Below the pieces are notes generated by a model. That model was not told where the DNA came from. It searched no databases and was given only the letters and a program-made list of their open reading frames with translations. A stretch of DNA of 64,000 bases from Podarcis erhardii (lineage: Eukaryota). Below, piece after piece: positions 50,522-61,924 of the stretch (position 1 is the stretch's first letter; each line of letters begins with the position of its first letter). The stretch is taken from NCBI GenBank assembly GCA_964252035.1, contig OZ176201.1. The stretch is one strand, 5' to 3'. The translations under genes were made by a program, and so were the position numbers.

Positions 50522-51233
50522 GGCCTTGGGTACACAGTGATCCATGCCACGGTCACCTCCAGGCTTGATTATTGTAACTCGCTCTACGCGAGGCTGCCCT
50601 TGAAGCTGACCCAGAAACTCGACCAGGTGCAGAAGACCGTGGCGAGGCTCCTTACAGGGTCCTTGCCACAGGATCACATTCACACAGTGCTTTACCAACT
50701 GCACTGACTCCCAGTGGAGTACTGGGTCAGGTTTAAGGTCTGGTTTTGACCTTTAAAGCCCTATGCAGCCTAGGACCCATGTACCTACAGGACCGCCTCT
50801 CCTGGTATGCCCCGCGGAGGACCTTAAGGTCCACAAATGACAACACTTTGGAGGTCCCAAGTTGCAAGGTGGTTAGATTGGTCTCAACTAGGGCCAGGGC
50901 CTTTTCAGTACTGGCCCCGACTTGGTGGAATGCTCTGTCACAACAAGAGACTAGGGCCCTGTGGGACTTGACATCTTTCTTCAGGGCCTGCAAGACAGAG
51001 CTGTTCTGCCTGGCCTTTGGTTTGGACTCAGTCTTTGGTTTTGGACCCTTATGTTTCCCTCCCTTATGGTATTGATCTATCGGATACTATTAAAATGATA
51101 CTATTAAAATGAGGCTGCATTTTAAATTTGTTTCCCCCCTCCCCCCTCCCTCTAATTTTAGTGGTGTTAGCTGCCCTGAGCCCAGCTCTGGCCGGGAAGG
51201 GCAGGTATAAATAAAAAATTATTATTATTATTA
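50522..51233 (+). mobile_element. L2 3' fragment (second subfamily)
   Basis: HATVTSRLDYCNSLYARLPLKLTQKL.. and TFKALCSLGPMYLQDRL..RAFSVLAPTWWNAL; (ATT)n tail. Confidence 0.9.
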
Positions 51234-51880
51234 ATCAACCTATGGCCTTTTAAACTGTATGTGGCGTTATTGTTTTCGTTTGTTACTATGTTGAATATGT
51301 ACAGTATTTAATAAATCAATCTCTTGTGAACTCCCATCATCAATGGCTTTTGGGCTATGCTCCCAAGGCTGATGGGAGCTACAAGGAGCACACAGAGCTG
51401 CCAGACCAGAATGCAAAGCCTCTTGTGGCTGTTTTCTCCACCCTGGGCCCCCGAAATGTTCACCATATGGGCTGGATATGCTGAATGGAGCTGAATGAAT
51501 GAGGTGGTACATGGAGTGTACCGCTTCAAATTACATGTAGGGGTTGCCACTTCTGAACATCTCCATTTGCAACACCCTCCCACCCAACCCCCCACCAGAC
51601 TTCTGCAAATGGAAATCTAGCACACAGTGGAGAAAGGTTCTAGCCCAGGCCTTCATCTGCTGTGTTGCTTTTCAATTCATAGGTAGAAAAAACACAGGGG
51701 AGCACTAAGAAATTCAACGTCTTGCCTGTTACCTGTGGTCACGCTGTACATTTTGCCTTCTCATTCAGCAGTGTCAGATTTCCCAATCTGCAGCAGTGCA
51801 CACTCCTCATCCATGCTAACCATGCACACCGACACTGATATATATGCTTTTGTATTTACTTAGAGGCAAAAATATGAAAT

Positions 51881-51905
51881 CTTTTCTCTTTGGTTTCATC
51901 TGCAG
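51881..51905 (+). promoter_or_regulatory. KCNJ16: 3' splice acceptor of the KCNJ16 coding exon
   Basis: cttttctctttggtttcatctgcag|GTT polypyrimidine tract plus CAG, 94 nt upstream of the ATG. KCNJ16 normally has non-coding 5' exons spliced to one coding exon. Confidence 0.85.
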
Positions 51906-51999
51906 GTTATAAATGAAGAGAACAAGAGCGAGACCAGCTGGTGATTGGCATCTTTAATTGCATCTTCTGAATTAATCACACAGCACAGATTAAAGAAGC

Positions 52000-53304
52000 A
52001 TGGCTGAGCCTGGCGAGAAGCTTTTAAGTGTGGAAACGAATAAACTCAGACATGCACACAGCTACCAAGACACAACTTCGATTGGGATTAAAAGAATGCA
52101 AAAGCGATTTCTCCAGAAAGATGGAAGCTGCAATGTGTACTTCAAGCACATCTTTGGGGAGTGGGAGAGCTATGTGACCGACATTTTCACCACATTAGTG
52201 GACATTCAATGGCGCCATATGTTTGTGATCTTCTCATTGTCCTACATCCTTTCCTGGTTGTTCTTTGGCTTGGTCTTTTGGTTGATTGCACTCCATCACG
52301 GTGATTTATCACTCAATGAAGGAACAACCCCTTGTGTTGTCAGTGTCCATAGTTTCACGGGGGCATTCTTATTCTCTCTTGAAACCCAAACAACCATAGG
52401 CTATGGATCCCGTTGTGTCACTGAAGAGTGCTCTGTCGCAATCCTGATAGTTATCATACAGTCAGTGTTAGGCTGCATCATTGACACATTCATCATCGGT
52501 GCTGCCTTGGCCAAAATGGCCACTGCCCGGAAGCGAGCTCAGACCATCCGCTTTAGCTATCATGCCACAGTAGGCTTAAGAGATGGCAAACTCTGTTTGA
52601 TGTGGCGGATAGGTGATTTCCGCCCTAATCATATGGTAGAAGGCACAGTGAGAGCCCAGCTCTTGCGGTATGTGGAAGACAGAGTGGGAAGGATGACAAT
52701 GGAATACAAGGACTTAAAACTGTTAAACGACCAGATCATTGTTGCAACTCCAGTGACCATTATCCACGAAATTAACCAGGACAGCCCATTGTATGATATG
52801 GACAGGAAGGCTCTTGCTAAAGACAACTTTGAGATCTTGGTTACATTTGTTTACACTGGAGATTCAACGGGGACATCCCATCAGTCAAGGAGTTCATATG
52901 TGCCTCGAGAAATCCTTTGGGGGCACCGGTTCAATGACGTCCTGCAAATGAAGAAGAAGTACTACAAAGTCAACTGCCTCCAATTTGAAGAAACCACAGA
53001 GGTTTATGCTCCTTATTGTAGTGCCAAGCACCTAGACAGGAAGGAGCAAGAATACACCACCTTGGAAAAAGCAGTGGATGGAGAACCTGGAACGTCGTCA
53101 TCTTCTTCTTCCTCTTCATCAGCACCAGCACCAGCACCAAGATTAGGACTAAGAGCCCGGTCCTTTAGTGCTGAAGCATTAATCATCCACTCTGAAATTT
53201 CTGAAGAGTCAGCCAAAACTTCTAACCAAGTCAATGTTATGGAGGTGCCGTATGAGAGAGCGCTGGTGACTTTAAGTAGAATCTCAATGGAATCCCAGAT
53301 CTAA
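52000..53304 (+). CDS. KCNJ16: Inward rectifier potassium channel Kir5.1, 434 aa, single coding exon
   Basis: Motifs KDGSCNVYFKHIFGEW, TTIGYGxRCVTEECS, AKMATARKRAQTIRFS, YTGDSTGTSHQSRSSYVPREILWGHRF and C-terminal LSRISMESQI match Kir5.1 as I recall it, not Kir2/Kir4. In-frame TAA at 51991-51993 fixes the start ATG. Confidence 0.98.
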   Translation: MAEPGEKLLSVETNKLRHAHSYQDTTSIGIKRMQKRFLQKDGSCNVYFKHIFGEWESYVTDIFTTLVDIQWRHMFVIFSLSYILSWLFFGLVFWLIALHHGDLSLNEGTTPCVVSVHSFTGAFLFSLETQTTIGYGSRCVTEECSVAILIVIIQSVLGCIIDTFIIGAALAKMATARKRAQTIRFSYHATVGLRDGKLCLMWRIGDFRPNHMVEGTVRAQLLRYVEDRVGRMTMEYKDLKLLNDQIIVATPVTIIHEINQDSPLYDMDRKALAKDNFEILVTFVYTGDSTGTSHQSRSSYVPREILWGHRFNDVLQMKKKYYKVNCLQFEETTEVYAPYCSAKHLDRKEQEYTTLEKAVDGEPGTSSSSSSSSSAPAPAPRLGLRARSFSAEALIIHSEISEESAKTSNQVNVMEVPYERALVTLSRISMESQI

Positions 53305-53742
53305 CAATCTGTTGCAATGGCTGCTCTTGACTTTGCAGCAGTTTTCAAGGCGCACAAGTTGTGGACCTGGTATCCTCAAATCATAAAACGGAAGAACAGA
53401 CTCGTTGACACTTCATCGAGACTTCGGTCTAGCTGGTTTTCTTGTTTTAGTAGATAATGCTGATATTATTCATCACCTTTAAAAAAATCATTTTTTTGCA
53501 AACAATAGAATTTTGTGCCCTTGTATTTTTAAAAAAGAATGCTTAACAATATTCAGCATCAATACTGAAAATGGAGGATACCTGTTGATAAGAATTTCAA
53601 AGTTGCTTTATCACTGAAGCCATGATGTCAGATTATTTGAGTTAAAACTGCTTCAGGACCTTATAGTCCTATGGTTTAGGCGCATTAATTTTGGATTGTT
53701 CAGTGTGACTGTCTTTTGGATTAATGTACATTTCAGTAAATT

Positions 53743-54102
53743 AAAGAATTGCAAAATAATTGATTTGTGTGCTGCAGCATAGCTTGGTAGACTATTTGCC
53801 ATGTGTACCCTAGGCCCACATCTCATTCAAGTAGCTCTTTTGATTGTACAAAGAGAAGTTAATTAAACTACTTCACATTTTTGTTTATTTGTAAAAACTA
53901 TATATATATATATACTAGATTTTTATATGGGGGATTTAGGCTTTCTCCGAATTTTCTTTTGCAATTTCTAATAAAATATTTTGAATTCTCCTAAAAATAT
54001 GTAAAGAATAATTCTTACTCAGAGTTTGAAAAAAGTAGCTAGCTTTGCCAAAGCCATTATGCAAGGCACCTTATTTGCTTCCACTTTCTGTTGATCAGTG
54101 AT
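53743..54102 (+). repeat. 3' UTR segment duplicated in inverted orientation at 3961-4294
   Basis: Same alignment; includes (TA)n at ~53899-53913 that is absent from the upstream copy. Confidence 0.95.
53970..53975 (+). promoter_or_regulatory. Candidate polyadenylation signal of KCNJ16
   Basis: AATAAA ~665 nt after the stop codon in an AU-rich 3' UTR; usage not demonstrable from sequence. Confidence 0.4.
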
Positions 54103-54628
54103 TTATTTGCTACTAGACATTACAAAGATGTGAGGTCTATCACACTCAATTTTATGGCTTGTTCTTATTTAGTTACTTTCATTTCTTTTCAACTACCTAA
54201 TCATTTCATGTTGAAAATATGTTTAAAAATTGTTCTGCATATCTGGAAAGAGGATTTGTAACTTAGAGATAACGATGTGATAGCTGGTGTACTTTTTTTT
54301 TTTAAAAAAGAAAATAATATATAAATATATTTCATCCAACTATTTTGGATCCTCTCTCACTTTGTTCTTCATTCCTAAGCACACAGATAGATCAGACCAA
54401 TTTTCTTTTCTTTTTGTCTGAAAATTGCATCATTGAACTTTTAAGTTGATGGATCTCAGTTTTCCCTCAGTGCATCCTCATCCTAGGTTCAGATAACCCC
54501 TGTTGTCATAATTGGACCTTGCTGCCTAAACAGATTTCCTAGTCTCCCTTGGTTCCATGGTCTGTTGTATTCTTCCTTAGGTTGTAGCCTTCCGTTCTGC
54601 AACTGGCAGCCCATAGACCATGTCATAC

Positions 54629-55258
54629 TGTCAGGGACTGGACTGAGGAGGAAATGTGGGGGCCGCCCCTCTTCTCCTGAACCTCCCTGAGAACAAGAGG
54701 ACAGTATCAATATGGAACAGTGGTTTGCAGAAGGACATGGTTCAGAGACTGCAGAGGGGAAAAGCTGGGAGAAGAAGAGGAGGAAGAAGAAACACCGGGG
54801 GAGGGACACCTGACAGACTCGGGGTTTTTTTGAGAGTATTCTGAGCCCCCCTCTCCCAGGTCTGGGCATACATTGAGAGTAGTAGAACAGAAAGCTCAGA
54901 GGCAGAAAGCCCAGATCAGCTGGCACAGGGATGATGTAGGATAAGAGAGGCAGAGGGGGTGGCACGCCCAGGGGCAGGCCGAACCACCTATAGGGGTGGG
55001 ACACACTGCATGGCCTCTGCAGTCTGCCTGCCTCCTCCCACTCAGCCACCCTACAGCTGGGGGGGGGCAGTGGGTGGACCATTTGGACAGTGCGGAGCCT
55101 GTGTGTGCCCAAGCCACCACGTCTCTCCCAGGAAAGATGTGTGGCTTGGGCGCGCTGCAGGCCCGGTGGTGAGTGCCGCCCGGCATTTTGTCAGCTCCCT
55201 CAGTGGTGACACCTGGGGTGGCCTTCATCAACCGCACCCCCTTCCTCCGCCCCTGAGA
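54629..55258. mobile_element. GC-rich LTR-like element
   Basis: Begins tgtcaggg, ends ccctgaga (near-inverted); no TSD; boundaries tentative. Confidence 0.4.
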
Positions 55259-55291
55259 GGGTGTTGTGCTTTACTCAGAGCAACACCATTA

Positions 55292-55517
55292 CAGTGATAC
55301 CTCGGGTTACATATGCTTCAGGTTACAGTCTCCGCTAACCCAGAAATATTACCTCAGGTTAAGAACTTTGCTTCAGGATGAGAACAGAAATTGTGCTCTG
55401 GCGGCCCGGTGGCAGTGGGAGGCCCCATTAGCTAAAGTGGTGCTTCAGGTTAAGAACAGTTTCAGGTTAAGAACGGACCTCCGGAACGAATTAAGTACTT
55501 AACCCAAGGTACCACTG
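55292..55517. mobile_element. Tigger/pogo-type MITE family A
   Basis: TA-flanked TIRs. Confidence 0.92.
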
Positions 55518-55567
55518 TATTGAATAGGGACAACATTCCTCTCTCTCTGTGAATACTGAATAAATTA

Positions 55568-55766
55568 CAGTGGATGCTCGGGTTGCGAACGTGATCCATG
55601 CAACCCGGAGCATTCACAACCTGCATCTGCACACACATGGGTTGTGATTCAGCGCTTCTGTGCATGCGTGACCACTGAAACCCGGAAATAACCCGTTCCG
55701 GTACTTCCGGCGGTCTGTAACCCGAAAGAACGCAACCTGAAGTGGCTGTAACCTGAGGTATGATTG
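55568..55766. mobile_element. Tigger/pogo-type MITE family B-related
   Basis: cagtggatgctcgggttgcgaac / gaggtatgattg. Confidence 0.8.
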
Positions 55767-55874
55767 TACGTGGTAAGGACTCTCTGTGTTTATCTGCTTT
55801 TTTGGCTGCCACCGCTGGAGGGATAGGATTCTCTGAACCTTGACTCATACCTGCTTTATAACAGGAACCACATA

Positions 55875-56204
55875 CAGTGGTGCCTCGCAAGACGAAAAGA
55901 ATCCGTTCCGCGATTCTCTTCATCTAGCGGTTTTTTTGTCTTGCGAAGCAAGCCCATTGACAGCTTAGCGGATTAGCGCTATTAGCGGTCTAGCGGCTTT
56001 TAGCGATCAGCTGAGAAGCGGCTTAGCGGCTTAGGAAAAGGGCGGAAAAAGCGGGGGGGAAACCGCGGGAACTTGCAAGATTTTTTCGTCTTGCGAAGCA
56101 ACCCCATACAGAAATTCGTTTAGCGAAGCGCCTCCAAAACGGAAAACCCTTTCGTCTAGCGGGTTTTCCGTCTTGCGAGGCGTTTGTCTTGTGGGGCACC
56201 ACTG
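55875..56204. mobile_element. Tigger/pogo-type MITE family C (opposite orientation to 14028)
   Basis: TA-flanked cagtggtgcctcgcaag / ggggcaccactg. Confidence 0.9.
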
Positions 56205-56599
56205 TATAGAGGAATATATGTAGAGATGCCTTGCACTGAAACAGGCTGTTGGGTCATTGTTTGCTCTGACTGAAGGAAGCTCCCCAGGACTTCGGACAGA
56301 AATCTTTTCCATCAACACTACAAGTTCCTTCTAACAGGACATGCCAGAATTAAACCTGAGAACTCTTGTCATGCAAGCCTTGTGCCAGGTAAGTACAGTA
56401 TAATAATAAAATATTATTATGGCAGCCAGGAGTCATGGGAACAGATCTATAGCAGTGGCTTAAGGGTGTGACTAACTTGGGAATATTAACTAACCTTACT
56501 GCCTTCTGGTCCCACCAGCCTCTACTTTCTTGCCAAATCTCTACATCATGGGTACAAAACATAATAATACCCCAAAACAAAAATAAAGTAAATGCAGAC

Positions 56600-56954
56600 A
56601 GCAAGGGATGCTAGGAAACTAATTTGAGAAGCACGTTGCTAAAAACCTTAAGACCAGCAACAGGAAGCTCTTTAAATACATTGGTGGCAGGAGATCATCT
56701 AAAGAAGCAGCTGAACCCTTGGATGACAAGGGAGTGAACTGTGAGCTAAAGGAGCACAAGGAGATTGCAGAGAAGTTGAATTAATTCTTTGCATCTGTTT
56801 TCACAGAAGAATATATAGGGCAGATGGTACCTGAACTAACGTTTGCAGGATTGGAGTCTCAGGAACTGAGGTAGACAGCAGTGATGAGAGATGAAATCCT
56901 AGACCTAAAACAAAAACTGAAAAATTGCTGGGTCCACACGGCATCTACCCAAGA
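56600..56954 (+). mobile_element. CR1 ORF2 internal fragment, degraded
   Basis: ..KNLKTSNRKLFKYIG..KEHKEIAEKLN*FFASVFTEE.. with stops; a CR1 tail lies at ~57211-57282. Confidence 0.75.
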
Positions 56955-58896
56955 CCAGCCCAGAAATCATTAAACCATTAGATGTCCAGGAAGGTCTGAA
57001 CACGTTACACCCCTTTTTCCCATGTGAGCTCAAATCATTGAAGAAATTTGCTTCATATCTCGATGGATTCCAATATCATGCACCACACTGAAATCAGAAG
57101 AATGAATTCAAAGTATTGCCCCTACTTGATAAGTCCTGAAACACTGGTCTGGATTTCTGCTGTTAAGACCAATTCTTCCTCAATTTTGAAGCACCCCTTT
57201 AAAAAAATGTGGGGTTGGACTAGATGACCCTTTGATGATGACCCTTTTAGTCACTTCCAAATCTACAATTTTACAATTCATAAGAGGTCAAGAGGCATTG
57301 ACTCTTAAGCATTGACTCTTATACAGAGTGGAGAGAAAGTCCTGCAGTTTCCCAAAGAATCTTGCCAGACTGCATGAACAGTTTCTGTACATTTCCAAAA
57401 TATGTTTTCACTTCAGGGCTCTTCACCATAGCATGGATCCCACATAGGTTCAGAGAGTGCACACTGCAGGGAGAAAACAATGCCTGACGATTTTCATTCT
57501 GAATTCCAGTTCTTTTGCTCCCAGGCATATTTGAAGCACTGTCATACTTTTGGCCCCCTACAGTTTTGCAACTATACCTTGCAATCCCGGCTTATAAATC
57601 CCACAGCTGTAAAACAATTTACTTCCACAATACAACCAGGTAGTAGCAGCAAGAAAGGAACTCTGTGGCACAGACTGCAAAGCAGACGCAAACACAGTGG
57701 GAAAGTTGCTAGATCAAATGTACACAGAGTTGGGTTTAAAAAAATGGAATGGAATGGAACTATAGCTGCCATAAACTATAATCCTAGGGACACATGGGTG
57801 CTGCTTGCTCGAGGTTTATTGAATAAAATACTTGCAAATCTGTGATCATGCTCATCATTCTCCCACCTATGCAGAAGTGTGGGATTATTTTTAATTTAAC
57901 TGAAGGGTTCCATTGTGCTAGCTGGGGTATGAAAGTGTGTGGGTAAACTCATTTGTGCTTTGCAGGCTATGGTACAATATCCTTCTGTTCCATTCAAACT
58001 TACGGGGTACGTTAATATGTAAACTTTCAGAGAAAAGATGGATAGTTCACTGCTTACTACATTCACTAGTTACCATATTATGGGTAAAAGGCAAAACAGA
58101 AAACTGTCTTCTCAAAAGTAGAAGCGTGAGATGATAGCTCTCCGTTTTTATTTATTTTTAAAACACATATCCCATCCCCCCTACAAAGAAACTAAATGCA
58201 TCTTGCAAAAAACAAAGATATACAGAAATACAAGGGTAAGGTGGTATGTTTATGACTGACTTCATACTAACATCGTATCTTTACAATACATAACAAATAG
58301 GCAAAAAAAGTTGTTTTAAAGGGTGTTGTGCCAGAGTCTGTTCAAGAGATTTCTACAAGTAACTAGTGGCAATGATAGGGAGAAAGAGAGACTGGCTTCC
58401 CTATCTGTCTCTTTGGAGGGATGTTTTTAAATGTGAATGGGCAATAATAGAATCTAAATGATGTGGAAAGTAACAAAGACTTTTCTCACCAGCACATTAA
58501 CTGTTCTAAGGGAATTCTGCCTGCCTCATATTCTTGAGACATGGAGAGAGTTTGTGAGTCCCACCCTAGAGCTCCATGGCATTGAGGAAGTACCCCTTCA
58601 TCTTCCAGAAGATGCCTCATTGTGTTCATTCCCATTTTCAGCTATCTACCAAAAAGGTGGTGAAAGGCCCTGGAGCCCTGATCACTCTGCCAAGGCCAGT
58701 GTGATGTCAATGGGTGTGGGGAAACCAAGAGTCCAATGCCAATCCTGCATTCAACCGAGCCTGCATTGAACCAAGGGCAGACAGGAAGCTTCTGTCTAGG
58801 ACACAATGGAAGGTGCAGTGGACAACAGTGTGTAGCCATTCTCTAAAGCTGAGTGGGTGGACTGGCAGGAACACTGGATTGGCTGTGCCAGTGCTC

Positions 58897-59192
58897 CTGG
58901 GTTGCCATATCTTGAAGAGCAAAAAAGAGGACACCCCAAGCCACTGCCAGCCTGAGCTGGCAAAAGAGATGCACAGGTGAGCGGGGATGCCACCACTGTG
59001 CCTGCACGCATCTTTTCCCAGCTCGGGCTGGCAGTGGCTGAGGCATGCAGAGTAGCCCAAGCCTGAGCCTGAATTGCCCGAGCCCAAATACCCTGGACAT
59101 TTCCTTTAAAATGTAAACATCTGCCCAGATGGACATGTTGCCCCCCCCCCCAGAGGATATGTCCGGGTTTTCCCGGACGTATGGCAACCCTA
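58897..59192. mobile_element. hAT-like element (tagggttgcc TIR) with internal hairpin
   Basis: ctgggttgccata ... tatggcaacccta; TSD not evident. Confidence 0.6.
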
Positions 59193-60644
59193 TCCCGCAC
59201 AGCCCCAATCTTCCTTTCTCTGTCCCAGTAAGCTGCAGGCCGCTGCTGCTGGGAAGATAATGTTGTGACTCTGCTCCACACAGCAAGCCAGTTTTGTCCT
59301 CAAGGGTTTTGGGGCTTTGAACAGAATGCTTGAGGAGCACAAATACTTTTGAGAAGGGAGCAGTGGGCATACATCCCTAACATTCAACACAATAATGTTT
59401 AGAAATACGCTTTGAAACCTATGCCCCTTGAGGAGTCAGAATCATCAACCTGTTCCTTGCTTCACATCTAACCATTGCTGACATTCAAGTTTGCTCAAAA
59501 CTCTTGTGCAATGGAATTGTGGGTTTCTTGAAAGCTCCAAATCCCCAAACCAATCTGACTTGTCATACTTAATTTTTTCCTAGTGTTAGTTTCACTTTTC
59601 TAGGCAAAGAAGGAGGGAATCTCTGAGTTTTACATAGTTCCATGGAGGTTGTGGTTGGTTTGTTTTGTTGCTCTGTTTGATTTTTCTTAAAGGTAGATAC
59701 TTTTACATGAATCCCAATTCTTCTTTTTCATACTGGAGTGCCCCACCATGTCAAAAGAGCAGGGACAGAAACAAACATGCAAAAGACCCGTTCTCCTAAC
59801 CTGGGCTCTCTCGCAGCCGCTTAATGGTGGGATATTGTGGGTCATCAGTCCGCCACCTTGTGGACATTAAAAAAACACGGGATTCAACATGCACAGAATA
59901 GTTCAGTGTGTTTGATTTATGCTTCGGGATGAGGCATTCAGAGAATCATTGCTGGGAAGCACTTACTAGTGGAAAAAATGGCTCACTCTGATTCTTGCTT
60001 CACACCCCAGGGAAAGTTTTTGCTTCTTAGGGTCCCAATGGCCTCATTATCCGAGTACTGTACATACTGAAGATAGAACAAAGGTGCAGACTGGCCTGCC
60101 ACCCAAATGCACGTTCAAAGCCTCCTTCTCCTCCAGGGAGTTCTTCAAATATGTCACTGCATTGTCCAATGCATGACTGAAGCATGCAGAAGCTCACGGA
60201 AACCAAGAGGCTTAAGCAGACTTAACCTTTATGGACTGACCTCAAAGGGGCATATAGTGTGCACTCCGAACTACGAGGTGACTTAGGGTGATTCAAGGCA
60301 GACTCAGGTCTCACTACAAACAAGGCGTGTCGAGGCAGATTGGGGACTCTCCTACTTTCCAAGTAACTCTGCAGCATCAGTTCTTCCAACCTCCGCCCAA
60401 AAGACCGGACATTTTCTTTTCTGAGAAACTTCTCCAAGTTACCTGAGGAAACTCTCAGAGCTCACGAGAGGAGCCAGTGGAGAGCAGGGAGGTGTGGTGG
60501 AGAATGGAGGGTCTTTTGTTTTGATGTATGGGCCTAGTTTTTAATCACAATTACATTGTTTTCTGAGGACACTCCAATCACCGTGATTGGGGGGGGGGAG
60601 GGATAGTGAAGTAAAGTTATTGATCATGTGGGTCCTCTGAGTAG

Positions 60645-60672
60645 TCAGTCAGTCAGTCAGTCAGTCAGTCAG
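60645..60672. repeat. (CAGT)n microsatellite
   Basis: Direct reading; may be a retroposon tail. Confidence 0.9.
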
Positions 60673-60786
60673 TTTAATTGCACATAGCCAAAGGCTGCCA
60701 CAATGTATACAGGATCATTCAACAATTAAAAGAAAATATGCTGGATTAATACAAAAAACTTAAAACATTTATATTATCAAGACATT

Positions 60787-60840
60787 ACCTACTCTACTCT
60801 ACTCTACTCTACTCTACTCTACTCTACTCTACTCTACTCT
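60787..60840. repeat. (CTACT)n microsatellite
   Basis: Direct reading. Confidence 0.95.
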
Positions 60841-61504
60841 AAACAGAGCTATAAAAGTACCTTAATATACAGGTTAAGACAATAAAATTTATAGGGACCT
60901 CTGAGTCTCGCTGTGAGAAGAGAAGATAAGTCGCAAAGTTTGACTATTGTGGTGGTCCACTTCTTTCCCTTCCTCTCTCCCCTTCATGGAGGATCCTTTG
61001 GGAGGGGGACAATGGGGGGGGATGACTTTTTGATTTTTTTGAGCCATGGAAAAAAAGAACCTAGCACGACAGCCTCTGGACCTATTTGTTTGCACTCCGG
61101 CAGGTTTCTTAAGTAGGGACACGTCCGTCATGCCCCCAGTTTTGAAATTGACCTCTGTGGGTGGGGAAACTGGGGGAAGAAAATGTGGTTTCCATCCCCC
61201 CCCCCCAGTGTGAAATCTGCCCTTGCAATAGAACTGCTGCACTTTTCTTTCTGGAATTTGCCAGGCTTCATCCCCTTGGAAGGAGATGGATTTTCCAGTG
61301 GATAAAACAGACAATGCTGTTGAGGCCCTCGTTTCACTATGGAATGGCAAGACTCATCGGACCATTGACACCATCGCTGTCTCAAGCACATTGGAGCCCA
61401 TTTGGTTCCTTGGTATATGAGGAGCTGCAGTCAAGGAAATGGACTAGGAGATAATTTTGGCATCTGATCTATACAAACCCACTGATTCCCACAGTAGTTT
61501 AATA

Positions 61505-61763
61505 CAGTGGTACCTTGGGTTTCATACGCTTCAGGTTACATACACTTCAGGTTACAGACTCCGCTAACCCAGAAATATTACTTCGGGTTAAGAACTTTGC
61601 TTCAGGATGAGAACAGAAATTGTGCTCCGGTGGCGAGGCGGCAGCAGGAGGCCCCATTAGCTAAAGTGGTGCTTCAGGTTAAGAACAGTTTCAGGTTAAG
61701 AACAGTTTCAGGTTAAGAACAGACCTCCAGAATGAATTAAGTACTTAACCTGAGATACCACTG
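61505..61763. mobile_element. Tigger/pogo-type MITE family A with internal 17-bp duplication
   Basis: TA-flanked TIRs; aagaacagtttcaggtt repeated. Confidence 0.92.
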
Positions 61764-61924
61764 TATACTCCCTGTAGCCGGGGCGTAGAGCCTGTGGCAC
61801 TCCACATGTTATTAGACTACAACTCCCATGATCCATGGCAATTAGCCCTGAAGACTGATGGGAACTGGGGTCAAACAATATCCAGAGGACTGTGGGTTCA
61901 CTATTGCTGCTATATATCAAACTA

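Noticed and set aside
51906-51999. N-terminally extended Kir5.1 isoform from upstream exons
   Set aside because: In-frame TAA at 51991-51993 blocks any extension through this acceptor.
54489-55297. 207-aa and neighbouring ORFs
   Set aside because: They lie in a GC-rich LTR-like repeat where stop codons are rare.
60222-60437. 71-aa minus-strand ORF with protein-like composition
   Set aside because: No family recognised, non-ATG start and no clear exon structure.
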